DNA from: the human T2T-CHM13v2.0 reference genome, Homo sapiens
Direction: 5' to 3' (one strand)
DNA length: 64,000 nucleotides
NCBI RefSeq assembly: GCF_009914755.1
Contig: NC_060934.1
Shown: piece after piece, positions 42,428 to 58,143 of the stretch
Numbering within the stretch: position 1 is the first letter of the stretch
Layout: every line of letters begins with the position of its first letter
Notes under the pieces: generated by a model
Databases searched by the model: none
What the model saw: the letters and a program-made list of their open reading frames with translations, nothing else
What the model was told of the DNA's origin: nothing
Program-made: the position numbers and the translations under genes

Positions 42428-43362
42428 TCAGGCTCTGAGAGGGCACAGGGCCCCCAGACAAATCTGCCCTTCTGGCCAATGCAGGCTACCCTGGCAGGCC
42501 CCACCAGCCCCCTGCAGACTTCAGTGTGCCATGTTCTAGTCACTCAGCAGCGTTTATTTAAAGGGCAGTTTCCAGGGGCTCGCTGTCTGACGGGCACAGG
42601 CACACATAGTAGCACCGTCACAGCAACCAGGCCAGCCCCTCGGGGTGGGGGGCACACACAGGGCAGCGGCTGGGGTGTGCGGAGGAGGTGCTGCTGCAGA
42701 AGCTGGGAGGGTATGGGGTGGGCATGGGGTAGCCATGCAGGGGGCGGCCTCACGGGATCTCTATAAAGCAGAAGAACTTGGTGTTCTAGTGAAAGTGCTC
42801 CTTAGGACACCCTGAGGCACTGCGGGATGTGGCACTGCCTCCTCCAGCCAATCCTGCAGCCTTCAGACTGACAGGCACTCCAGCCACAATGGGTCCCAGC
42901 TCCTCAAACACCAGGCGCCTCCACTGCTTAAATCCAGAGTCAAGCCCCACCAGCCCCACTGCCGTCCAGGCCCTGATCTGGGCTTTGTCAGAGCACGGGG
43001 TGATGGACTGTTTCTACTGCCTGCACATTCTCACCTGTCTCCTGGTCTCAGCTCCCCACCTGGGCCCTAAGCTCACTGGGGGTGGGGTGGAGCCGTGACC
43101 TGCACATCCCTGTGTTGCCCTGTGAGCCCGGGGACACAGCCCCGCTGCAGAGAGGAAGCCCGTGACGGGCGGATCCCGACTGCACTTGCTCACTGCATCC
43201 GGGCTCTGGCTCCACTGCTCATGAGCTGCATAATCTTGGCCAAGTTAAAACTTGTCTAAGCCTTAGTTTCCACACCTAAAAAAGGGGAATTATAATTCGT
43301 ATTCTGCCAAACACACATAAAAAGATTCTGAAAACCAAAAAGCAGCTAAGTTTTCAATATCA

Positions 43363-43758
<396 letters not shown>

Positions 43759-43771
43759 CTAAGCATCATCA

Positions 43772-43963
<192 letters not shown>

Positions 43964-44721
43964 CTACAGAGGAAGAAGAGCTGCAGTGAGAGGTGGGATC
44001 CCTAAGTTGGACCCACCCATTGCGGCCCTATCTGTGAACCACAAGAAATAATCATTTTTAGCTCCAAGAAACTCCAGTTTTTAAATTCCTGCACTCTGCT
44101 GAACCTGCCCTCGCAGCTCCAGTTTCGCTGTTGCCCCTCTCCCTCAGCTGCTCCTGGGCCTTTCTGCCCAGAGTCTGGCCCGGGTGCCAAGCAGGGCAGT
44201 GGGCAGGGGCAGAGGGGCTGGGTGGTGGCACAGAGGACCGAGAAGGCAGGGAAACACTCGTGGATGGGGAGTGGACGGGGAGAGGTCCCCTCCCCACATT
44301 TGCAACAGATGGAGGTATCTAATGTTCAACATTGTATCATTTCAATCACCCTCAGAACATCCCAACAGCCACTCAAATTGGGGAAACTGAGGCATAAAGT
44401 GACCAAATGGGCAAGGCTCCAGCCTTACAGAGGGATCTAAGCAAGAAAGCCTTTAGTGCAAAAAATTATAGAATTAAGGAAATCATGAGAGATGCCACAA
44501 AAATTCCTCTTCAGTGTCATACCTAACAGCAAACACTGGACACATGACGCGATTTTCCTGGGGATTTGCTAGATAAATAACATATGCATGTGATGGACTA
44601 CCAATCATTACAAACCACACTGTGGGAGTGCTTAGGAAATGGAAAAATGTTTAAATAAAAAAGTATAATGAAACACGTTAGTATCCAAATCTGATTTTAA
44701 AAATACACATGTGTACATATG

Positions 44722-44723
<2 letters not shown>

Positions 44724-44757
<34 letters not shown>
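44724..44757. repeat. (TG)n microsatellite
   Basis: Directly visible. Confidence 0.95.
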
Positions 44758-44760
<3 letters not shown>

Positions 44761-45192
44761 GTCATAGGAAAAAAAGACTAGAAGGAAACACCCCAAGATG
44801 TTAATCTCATTTTGAGGACGGGATTAAGAGTAATTTTTATTCCCTTTTTTATAGTTTACTTTTGTATTTCCCGATTTTTCTACAATAAATATACATGCTC
44901 ACTTAAAAAAAAAATTCTATTGGACTTTCACTCCCAAGAACAATGGAGCTGAGGGACAGCACCTGGGGGAGGGGAGGGGCAAGTTCGCCACCCCTCACAG
45001 CCCATTCCTGGACCCTGCCTCTGGGCTGAGCTCTGGCACCAGGACAGGCACCTGCACTGACCAGCCCTGGGGTGGGCAGGAGGAGGGCTGGCACGGGTAG
45101 AGTCACCCTGGAGGCGAAACCCTCAGAGCCCCCAATACTCACTGCGGCATCTCAGATCAGCTGGCGCCCAGGCAGGCACAGGAGAAACTCAC

Positions 45193-45242
45193 CTGAAGGG
45201 CATCCATGGGGGGGGTGCCCCCCTCCAGCCAGATGGTGCTAC
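45193..45242 (-). CDS. HPS1: HPS1 exon 11 (STIWLEGGTPPMDALQ)
   Basis: cag|GT ... CAG|gtgagt; 50 nt. Confidence 0.96.
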
Positions 45243-46736
45243 CTGCAGGCCACAGGTAATAACATAACGATGTAAGTACCATGAGATGTAAGCAATGGCT
45301 CAACAGCATGGGGTAGGGGGCCCAGGTGCCCCCCACAACCTCAGCCCTTGGCTGCCAGCTCCACGCAGGGGTGCTAATGTGGCTGGGGCAACACCCCTTC
45401 ATCCTAAGTTGGCAGGCACAAGGTGAACTCTGCAGTACCAGGGCTAAGGCGGCCTGGGCCTGGCAGAGAAGCTGCCCCCAGAGCCAGCTGCTGAGAATCA
45501 AGCTCCTGAGGACATGTTTGGTAATGGTGGTCAGGGGGTAGAGGGGCATCTTCCTCCCCCCTCCCTTGCCCCCAATCCCCTCCTTGTTCTGTCCCCTGTA
45601 TTCCTTCAGGCCTCAACCCGCCCCTCAGGAGTCAGCACACACAGTCCACGTTTGCCCATTCATTTATTCAACCAGCAAGCTCTTACTGAGCACCTGCTGT
45701 GTGCTGGGAATTGAGGTGGATTTCCTTCCTAATATAACGCACAAAAACCTACTGAACCCACCACATATCTGAAATATTATGTGTCTGTAATAATACTGTT
45801 ACCTCTTATATTTCATTGCAAACAACCCTCATTTATAATCATGTTTCTTTGGGGGAAGTGTGTTCCTACATCTTAAACACCTGATTTACAAATGGATGAG
45901 TGCAACCCAAACCATTTGTAAGTTGTGAGTTCTCTGCACGGTGGAACAGCATTATTTTTTACAGTTTTAAGGCATAAAAAACCACTATCAAGAGAGAGGG
46001 ACTGGGAGGAAGATGGTGATGAATGAGGAAGGGAGTGGTAAGAGGAACTTCGGAGATTACCCAGAACTCTGCTTCTCAACAGGTCTCAGGCTCATCAAGA
46101 GCTCAGGGAATCTGAAGATAGCTAGGAACCCTCACCCCAGGAATGCACAGGCATCAGTGAGTTCACACACAGTCTCAGGGGGTCCTAGGCTTCTAGCCAG
46201 ACCTAAAGTTAAAAGCATCTAACCCAGTGGTTGTCAACCTTGGCTACACACGAAAATCATTTGGGGACTTTTACAAAATCCTGACGCCCAGGGCATAGCT
46301 CAGACCAACTGAGTCAGCATCTCCGGGTACAGGCTCAGCTTCAATAATTGTTAAAGATCCCCAGGTGAGTTCAATATGCAGCCAGGGGGCAAAGCATGCT
46401 GTAACCTAAATCTGTGCACAGCAGTGGTTTGCACCCGAGGCACACTGAACTCACCTGGGAAAATTTCCTAGAAGTATTCACACCTGGGTCCCAGGCCCAC
46501 AGACTGTAACTTAATTGGGCTGGCTGAAGCTGCCTGGTGATTCCAATGTGCCAGGGTTGGGTTAAAAGCAGCCACATAATAAATTCCTTTCAAATCCTAG
46601 TCCCCAGTAGGTTTCTCCTCCTGAAACCCTGGCCTTCTTTCTTCCATCAGATGATGTGGAGGGACCACAGGACCCTTTTTTTTTTTTTTTTTTACCTAAG
46701 AACTTCAGAAATAAATGTAATGTTTATTCATAGTGA

Positions 46737-47180
<444 letters not shown>

Positions 47181-47515
47181 TAAACTACAGATGCTGAATA
47201 TATTTTAGAATGTATAGAAATTAGATGATTATTACTAAATTTAACTTAATTTTTAATTTTAATTACAAAAAAGATGAGTCTGAGAATGCATGTACAGAAG
47301 TTTTAAATGAATCAACTTGTCATCAACAGCTTTAGGGATCAGTGGAGTGGTCTTAACAATCCTTGAGTTCAGGCTGGAGCTGGCAGGGAAGATGGGGAGC
47401 CGCAGACAGCGTCCTGTGCTCTAGGAACACGGGTACCTGCACTCAAGCCTTAGGAGGCACGGGGGTCCACTGGAGCCTAAGACAGATGTCCTGGGCTGCC
47501 TGTCGCTCGCAGCTA

Positions 47516-47942
<427 letters not shown>

Positions 47943-48290
47943 TCACAGAGAAGCCTCCACCCCTCCACCCCTCCACCCGTTCCGGGTGCAGTCCTGGGTG
48001 TGTGGTCCTCAGACTTCCCAGGGATTCGATTCTAGGCGGTCTGTTCTGTGGAAATTCGAGAAATTCCAACACAATGGTATCCAACCCACCACTACCCCTG
48101 GTGATGAGGTCAACAGCGATGGTGGTGGCTGACACTCACTAAGCATTCACTATGCCCCAGGCAGTGCCAGGTTCTGTGGGAACCACCCCTTTTGTCCCTC
48201 CAAATACCCCTGAGAAGTAGATGCTTTGTTATTCCCATTGCACAGATAAGGGCACTGAGGCTCTGGGGGTGCAAGTACGGGCTCAGCTCA

Positions 48291-48710
<420 letters not shown>

Positions 48711-49107
48711 TTAAAGGAGTGTGGAGCCTGGCCCCTGCCCTCAAGGAGCAATGTACTTCTGGAGATGGGCAAGGCACAAATACAATTAATTAACTCGTCA
48801 AATTTCAAAATAAAACTTGGTTGTATAGAACAAAGAAAAGAAAATGATTTAGCAGTGGGAAAGCACCAGGGACCAAGAACAACATAAAAGGAAGTTCTAG
48901 ATTGAGACTCTAAGACAGTGTTCCAGGAAGGAATGATACAGAGAAATGGGTGAGCTGAAAAAGGTTGGAGAATCAAATCTGGGAAGGTTTCAGGCTTCAT
49001 GGAGGAGGTGATTCTTGGCTGGGCAGGTGGTGCTTTTCAGGCAGAGGCCATAGGGGAGTGAGAAGGCCAGGGAGCCTTTAGCCACCACATGCCAGACCTT
49101 GAGCTCA

Positions 49108-49269
<162 letters not shown>

Positions 49270-49338
49270 CTAGCCAGGGCAGGAAGGGAGAGGAAGCCAT
49301 ATCACCAACAACCTTGCCCCACTCCAAGCCCTGGGCTA
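49270..49338 (-). ncRNA. MIR4685: microRNA precursor hsa-mir-4685 (5'-tailed mirtron geometry)
   Basis: Sequence recognised from memory; UAGCCCAGGGC pairs with GCCCUGGCUAG, and the hairpin ends exactly at the intron 6 AG. Confidence 0.85.
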
Positions 49339-49729
49339 GTGGGGACATTCACTCTGTCCACAGTGAGCTTGGACTCTGCACCAGATACTTGGAAACAGGG
49401 GGACTAAGACCCACCAGGTCCCAGCCTTCCTGAGGCTTACTGTCTGGTCACTAGACTCCAGTGGATGAGGCAAGGCAATACACAAGGAAATAAAGTAAGT
49501 GCCATTTGTAAGTAAGCACCAAGTACAAAATACACAGCACTAGGCTAGAGAGAAATAGCAGAGACCTCCTTGGGTAGGGTGTCCAAAGAAATGTCCCTGA
49601 ATTAGGTCACCTTTAAACTAATATCTAAACAACCAGATGGCCCACCAGAGAAAGAGGGAGAGAGAGAACACTGCAAGTCAAGGAGACTGCATATTCAGAG
49701 GCCATGAGATGGGGACAGAGTTTGCAATG

Positions 49730-50036
49730 GTGCTGTCCAACAGAAATAAAAGAAAGGCCCTATGCATAATTTAAATGTTTCCAGTGACCACATTAAAAAA
49801 GTAAAAAGAAACAGTTGACATTAATTTTAATGATATATTTCATTTTACTGAATATATCCAAAATATTATCACCATATGATATAAAAGCCTTATTAATGGA
49901 ATGTTTTACATTCTTTTTTGTGCTAAGTTACCAAAATCTGGTATATATTTCACATGCATAGCATAACTCAATTTGCACTAGTTATATTTCAAATGTTCAA
50001 CAGCCACATGCAGCTAATGACTATCATATTGGACAG
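49730..50036 (+). mobile_element. MER33-like hAT-Charlie element
   Basis: Terminal inverted repeats ctgtccaa...ttggacag. Confidence 0.75.
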
Positions 50037-50930
50037 ATCTAAATATAGAGTTTTCCTGAAACTTAAAGAAGTTTCATGTGACTAGCACTCAGTAAGCGTG
50101 GACAAGAGAGGCATAAGATGAAGCTAGAGTGAAATAGGCAGCGATAGATCACACAGGGCCTGGTAGGCTTGGGAAGAGTTTGGATTTTATGCTAATGGCA
50201 TTAGGTCACCTCCTAAAAGAAGTCTTTCCTAATGTCCCAGAAAGAGTTTACCACTCCATCTCTTGTGCCACCATAGCTTTTGATGAAAAACCTAATATGG
50301 CACCAGGATTCTTTATTATATCTTTTAGTATATACATGGCTGATTTCCCCTCAAGGGCAGTGAATATGTCTTTATTCATCTCTTTATTCCCATGGCCTGG
50401 CACACCTCTTAGCATATAATAGGTACTATATGTTTATTGGAAGAGTGAATGAGTGGGGGTATGAGAATGAATTCCTTCAGATCTATTTTCCAGCTCATTA
50501 ATTCTCCCTCTAGCTATGTCTCATCTGCTATTTAACACATCCCTTGAGTTTTTCATTTTAACAACTATGTTTTCTTTTCTAAAATATCTGTACGTGTTCT
50601 TTTTCAAATTTGCCTGGTCAATTTAGAGTTTCTTCTTATCTCATTTTGTGATTCTACATTTCATATTTTTAAATATTTCATAGTTATTTTATATTCTATA
50701 CCTAATAGTTCCAATGTATCAAGTGCCTTGGGATCTAAATCTGTTGGTGATTGATTTTCCTGACTCTCACTCGTGGTGGCTTATTTTCTTCCATATCTGA
50801 TTTTCTTCAGTTGTGAGTTCACGTTTGTTTGATCTTTACCTTTCCTGCTCTAGCAGTGGTTTTCAAAGTGTGGTTCCTGGACAAGCACAATAAACAGCAC
50901 CTGGGAATTTTTTAGAAATGGAAGTTCTAG

Positions 50931-51262
<332 letters not shown>

Positions 51263-51960
51263 CTAAATGAGAAAAGCTGAAAGTGAGGCCCAGTAACCTG
51301 TATTTAACAAGCCCTACAGAGGATTCTGACACACACTGGAGTATGAAAACCACTGCTTGAAAGAGAATTTGGTTTACCTCTTTAGGAAGGCAAGGAGTGC
51401 TACTGACCAGCAGCCACTTTAGTTTTTATTTTTAATTTTTTAGTTTTTTATTTACTAGGGCTTTATAAAAGGACCAGTAGCCACTTTAACTTTTTGGGGC
51501 TGGGCTTAACCTAGAGTTGCAGGCTCAGCTCTCCTATGCTGCTGCTGGCCTAAGGCTATTTACTGGCTGTAGTGCTGGTATCATTTGCACTCAGGGAATC
51601 TTGCCTTTAGCGCTGTGTTTTTCTCCACTGCTTTCCCCTCCAGTTCCAGCTCAATATAATTTTGTGGGAAAAGGAGGGGAGGGTTGAAGGAACTGTCTTC
51701 AAAGATTCCTGTAATTTACAGTGAACCCAAAAATTGCATTAAAAGTATGTGTTATCCAGGATCGAGCTGTTTTACCATGGGAAAGCCCATCAGGGTACCC
51801 AACCCTCCATATGGCCAGAAAGAACAACTCTCTCTGAATACACGAGTTTCAGGGGCTGCTTGTGCCTTCATTCATTAGGGTTAAAACATGGTCTTAAAGG
51901 TGGACGCCCCCTCTGACCTGACAGCTTCAAGTCCTGAGGACTCCCGCGCCCAGTAGTCAC

Positions 51961-52069
51961 CTCCACGGCGAAGCACTGCTCCTGCTCCCGCAGGCGGCTG
52001 TAGGTCCACAGCAGGCTCTGGAAGTGCTCCCACAGCTGGACACGCTGCGCCAGGTCTGGGGGCCGCAGC
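51961..52069 (-). CDS. HPS1: HPS1 exon 6 ([16 protein letters not shown]...CFAVE)
   Basis: cag|G ... GAG|gtgact; 109 nt. Confidence 0.96.
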
Positions 52070-53248
52070 CTGGGGGCAGAGCCAGAGAGGGCGGGAGAGA
52101 TCACAAGAAAGCTGGTCTCCCCCACACCCAACCAAAGGACCACAGTCTCAGCTCAGCATCAGAGCTTGGTGAGCCCATATGACCTGCCCACACAGCTGGG
52201 AAAGGGGGCCAGGTTTCCGGCCGAGCTCTAACTGTGGAGTGGGGTGGGATAGGCACGGAGCCGGAAGGCAGGCAGCTGAGCAAATCACCTCACTCCTCAG
52301 CCTCTGTCACACAAACACATGTCATACAAAGCCAGCTAGAGAGAGCCAGGGTGATGCTTAAGCTTCTCACACAGAGGCCACTGAACACAGAAAGATCTGG
52401 TCCATCATCAGGGCCCTACTCAGGGTCGCAGCCATCTCGGATGCTGGCAACGTCTGCACTGGCCACTGTGATTCATGTAACAGGCATCTGCCACCTGCAG
52501 CATTTGCCACTGACACCATGACCTATCTGGGCTAAAATGACTCATGAAACAATGTTTGTGCATTTGAGAAATGCCTCAATATGGGTAGTTGCTCATATCG
52601 CCACAAAACTAAAGTCCCAGAGCTTCACACTCCGCAGCTTCCCAATCCATCTTAGAGAATCAGGGGGTGGTGATACTACGAACTTCTCTTTTCTAGGTCT
52701 ACATTTCAACTACAAGCCTTTTCTGGGGTCCCTCCCACCTCAGTGTATACTCTGAACCATGATTCTCTTTCCCCAAGTTCTTTACTGTGGGCCCAGAGAC
52801 AGGTTTTAAGGTCTGTCTCCTGAGAAAACCTTCACGAGACTGTATGAATGTGCATGGGTTTGTGTTTTTCTGGAGAGAGAGTCTGAAGCTTGAGAAGCCA
52901 GAGAGGACTAGCTCAGACCAGATTTGTAATGACGGGTGATGATGTTGGGAGGATGGAAAGAGCACTGGACTGAGAGTCCTGAGCTCAAATATCCAGTTTG
53001 GATGTGGCCACCAACCAGCTAGATGACCCCAGGCAAGTGAGTTCCATTCTCTGCTCTGTTTCACCAGATATAAAGTCAGAGGGTCAGACCAGATGGTCTC
53101 CAAGGTTCACTTGAGCTGTTTCTCTGACCTAGGGACCCAGCTGGGGGCAGTATGTGAAAAATGGCAGCTTCACAGGGGCTGGGCACACGCTGCCTGGCCC
53201 AGCGAGGGTGCTCGGCAAAGGACAGAGGGGACCAGCTTTGAAGACTCA

Positions 53249-53440
<192 letters not shown>

Positions 53441-53603
53441 TCACCTGCCCTGGTCTCTGCAGACAAGCCAGGGGAGGCTCGGGTCCCAGGCGGGTTTGAT
53501 AAGATGCCGTTTCTGCCTTCTAAAGGAGTCTAAAGTTCCAAATAAGAGAGGCCTGTGGACTCCCCATCAAGCTGAGGGAAGAGGAACATGGGCCCCAGAG
53601 CTA

Positions 53604-53771
<168 letters not shown>

Positions 53772-55394
53772 TCACAGCTTAGAGTGGGCCAGACACCAAG
53801 AACTAAGGAAGGGACAAGATCAGGCCTTGATATCAAGGGTTCCATAGTGTTAGACCCTCCTGGGAGGGTATCACTGTCCTGGTAGGGAGGGGAGCAAAAA
53901 GAGACTGTCCCCAACACTTCGGGTGGTGGTTAGGAAGAATGGGGAGGGCCAGCTGGGTAATGGTGCTGTTTAGGCTCTGAATCTAGAAGGAAACATTAAG
54001 GAATTGGGCCTCATTACAACAGTGGAATGTGGGGAGCACTGAACGGGGAGCTGGAAGGAAGTTTGTAGCATGTACCAAAGTCTATGCTGTTTTTTGCAAT
54101 AAGTCTACTTTGGAAAATTTGTCCTAAGGAAAATGATCAGAGATTGGGACAAAGATACATGCACAAAGATGTTCACTACTGCCTAATTTATAATAGCAAA
54201 CAACTGGAAAAAAAATGTTAACATCTAGTATCAGGGAAATAGTTAAATAAATAGCAGCACATCAAAATTATGGAAGGGTCTATAGCCACTTAAAATATTA
54301 GAGTGTTTCAATGACATGGAAAATTCCTCTGATACAATGTTGTAGCTAAAAATAAAACAAGAATGTGAATGCATAGAAAAAACGAAGTATTGATAAAATA
54401 CTGAGAAAGCCAACACTATTAAAGTTACTTCTGGATAGAGGAATTAGGAGTGATTTTTTTCCCTCTATTTTTAAGTATGTTTCTGTACTTTTCCTATTTT
54501 CCATAACAAGCCTGCATTGACTTTGATAAGCTCTTCCTCCATCCATTCTCTCAGCTCTCCAAAAGAAGGAACAAAACAAATAAACAAAAACAAAAAGGAA
54601 CTGGACAAGTTTGTTGCAAATGTGTGAATAAAATGGGATAAAGCCAGTGGAACAGTTACAACTCAAATTCTCCGTAGTGGAATAAAAAGAAAGGAAGAAA
54701 ACAGCAGACTTCCCAAGAAGATTTCAGGAGACGTGAATGAAATATGGGGAAGGCACAGTCCTAACTTGGAGCTGGGGAAGTCTACAAGAAGCTGAGTAAG
54801 ACCTTGCCTTGAAAAGAAAGACAGGCAACTGGCCAGCGGGAAGGTGCAGCATTGAAGTACAAGTGGGACACAGCACTATGGAGTAGGTTTTCCTGCCAAC
54901 ATTCGGGAACCAAGGACTGTACCCAGCTCCCACAGTTAGTCTGTCCAGCTTTCACAGTGGCTCCTACTTATCATTCTGGTTCCAGCTCAGATTTTTTTTT
55001 TTCTGGCCACCTCAGGCTACCGCCCTCCACCTCTGTCACTCCCCATCCCATACCCCATTTAACTTCTCCAGACTATTTGTCACTATCTGAACTCATGGTA
55101 CTTATTTGCCATCTGGTTCACTGTACAATGTCCTTCTTTAGACTCTAAGTTCCATGAAAGCAAGGATCATGTTGCTACGTTTACTGCTTTACCCCGAGAG
55201 ACTGGCACATGGTAGGTTCCCAATTAATATTTGGTTAATGAATACCCCACAGATAGGCGAGAATTCCATAAACAGGCAAGAATTCAAATATTTGCTGAAT
55301 TATTCATATACCATGATTTTCTTGAACAAATTTTATTAATAGAGAAGTCACTTATGAATCTAGATGTTGATAGAAACTCATCGTAAAAGCAGTA

Positions 55395-55737
55395 TAGTCA
55401 CATACTGAAGAGCAATGTTTTGGTCAGCAACAGACCACGCATGATAGTGGCCCCATAAGATTATACTGCTTTATTTTTGCTATACCTTCTCTATGTTCAT
55501 TCAGATACACAAACATTTCCATTGTGTTACAACTGCCTGCAGTATTCAGTACAGTCACATGCTGTAGGTTTGCAGCCTAGGAGCAACAGGCCATACTGTA
55601 CAGCCTAGGTGTGTAGTTGGCTACACCATCTAGGTTTGTGTAAGCACACACTATGATGTTCACATGACAAGGAAATCACCTAATGATGAGTTTGTTATTA
55701 ACAGAATGTATCACCATCATTAAGCAGGGCATGACTA
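55395..55737 (-). mobile_element. Tigger3a-like element
   Basis: Reverse-complement similarity to the 18721 element; tagtca...tgacta termini. Confidence 0.75.
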
Positions 55738-55779
55738 TAGCTTTTTCTGCAGGAATAGAACTTTTTTTTGGTGAGGGGA

Positions 55780-58143
55780 TGACATGGTTAAGCTTTGTGT
55801 CCCCATCAAATCTCATCTTGACTTGTAATCCCCATAATCCCCACGTGTCAAGGGAGACCTGGTGGAGATAACTGAATCATGGGGGTGGTTCCCCCAGGCT
55901 GTTCTCAACTTGTTCTCATGAAAATGAGTGAGTCCTCACCAGATCTGATGGTTTTATAAGGGGCTCTTCCCCACTTTTCTTGACACTTCTTCCTGCTGCC
56001 TTGCGAAGAAGGTGCCTTGTTTCCCCTTTGCCTTCCACCACGACTGTAAGTTTCCTGAGTTCTCCCCAGCCATGCTGAACTGTGAGTCAATTAAACCTTT
56101 TTTCTTTATAAATTACCCAGTCTCAGGCAGTTCTTTATAGTGGTACGAAAACGGACTGACACAGTAAATTGGTACCACAGAGAGTGAGGTGCTACTATAA
56201 AGATACCCAAAAATGTGAAAGTGACTTTGAAACTGGGTAACAGGCAGAGGTTGGAACAGTATGGAGGGCTCAGAAGAAAACAGGAAGATGTGGGAAAGTT
56301 TGGAACTTCCCAGAGACTCATTGAATGCTTTTGAACAAAATTCTGATAGTGATATGGACAATGAAGTCCAGGCTGAGGTAGTCTCAGATGGAGATGAGGA
56401 ACTTATTTGGAACTGGAACAAAGGTGACTCTTGTTATGCTTTAGCAAAGAGACCGGCAGCATTTTGCCCCTGCCCTAGAGATCTGTGCAACTTTGAACTT
56501 GAGAGAGATGATTTGGGGTGGAAGAAATTTCTAGGTAGCAAAGCATTCAGGGAGTGACTTGGGTGCTCTAAAAAGCACTCAGTTTTATGCATTCACTAAT
56601 AGATGGTTTGGAATTGGGACTTATGTTTAAAAGGGAAGCAGAACATAAAAGTTTGGAAAATGTGCAGCCTGATGATGCAATAGAAAAGAAAAGCCCATTT
56701 TCTGAGGAGAAATTCAAGCCCTGGCTGCAGAAATTTGCATAAATAATGAAGAGCCAAACGTTAATCACCAAGACAATGGGAAAAATGTCTCCAGGGCCTG
56801 TCAGAGGTCTTCACAGCAGGCCCTCTCGCCACAGGCCTGGAGGCCTAGGAAGAAAAAACTGTTTCAGGGGTTGGGCCCAGGGCCTTGCTGCTTTGTGCAC
56901 TCTGGGGACATGGTGCCCTGCGTCCTAGCCATGGCTAAAAGGTGCCAACATATAGCTCTGGCTGTTGTTTCAGACAGTGCAAGCCCCAAGCTTTGGTGAC
57001 CTACATGTGGTATTGGGCCCACGGGTGCACATAAATCAAAAACTGAGGTTTGGGAACCTCCACCTAGATTTCAGAGGATGTATGGAAATGGCAGGATGTC
57101 CAGGCAGAAATTTGCTACAGGGGCAGAGCCCTCATGGAGAACCTCTGCTAGAGTGATTAAGGGAATGTGGGGTCAGACACCTCCACACAGAGTCCCCACT
57201 GGGGCATTGCCTAGTGGAGCTGTAAGAATAGGGCCATCATCCTCTAGCCCCCAGAATGGTAGATCCACCGACAGCTTGCACCATGCACCTGGAAAAGCCG
57301 CAGACACTCAACACCAGCCTGTGAAAACAGCTGGGAAGAGGACTGTGCCCTGCAGAAGCACAGGGGTAGGGCTGCCCAAGGCCTTGGGAGCCCACCTCTT
57401 GTATCAGTGTGACCTGGACGTGGATAGAGTCAAAGGAGATCATTTCAAAGCTTTAAGATTTGACTGCCCCACTGGATTTTGGACTTGCATGGGTCCTGTA
57501 GCCCCATAGTTCCAATTTCTCCCATTTGGAATGGGAACATTTACCCAATGCCTATACCCCCATTGTGTCTTGGAAGTAACTTGTTTTTTATTTTACAGGG
57601 TCATAGGTGGAAGGGACTTGCCTTGTCTCAGGTGAGACTTCAGTCTTGGACTTTTTGGTTAATGCTGGAATGAATTATGACTTTGGGGAACTGTTGGGAA
57701 GGCATGATTGGTTTTGAAATGTAAAAGGGACATGAGATTTGGGAGGGTCCTGGGGCAGAATGATATGATTAGGCTTTGTGTCCCCATCCAAATCTCATCT
57801 TGAATTGTAATCCCCATAATCCCCACAATCCTCATATGTCAACGGAGAAACCAGGTGGAGGTAATTGAATCATGGGAGCAGTTTCCCCCATGCTGTTCTT
57901 GTGACAGTGAGTTCTCATGAGATCTAATGGTTTTATAAGAGGCTCTTTCCCCTTCACTCAGCACTTCTCCTTCCTGCTGCCTTGTGAAGAAGGTGTCTTG
58001 CTTCCCCTTTGCCTTTTGACATGATTGTAAGTTTCCTGAGGCCTCCACAGCCTTCTGAACTGTGAGTCAATTAAACTTCTTTCCTTTACAGAGTACCCAG
58101 TCTTGGGCATTTCTTTATAGTGGTAAGAAAATGGACTAATACA
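55780..58143 (+). mobile_element. Full-length THE1 (ERVL-MaLR) element: 5' LTR 55780-56163, internal region, 3' LTR 57761-58143
   Basis: Two homologous TG...CA LTRs of about 380 bp; internal region begins gtaaattggtacc; 5-bp TSD GGGGA at 55775-55779 and 58144-58148. Confidence 0.92.

Noticed and set aside
56261-57509. ORFs in the THE1 internal region
   Set aside because: Short broken remnants of the MaLR internal sequence; no intact gag or pol
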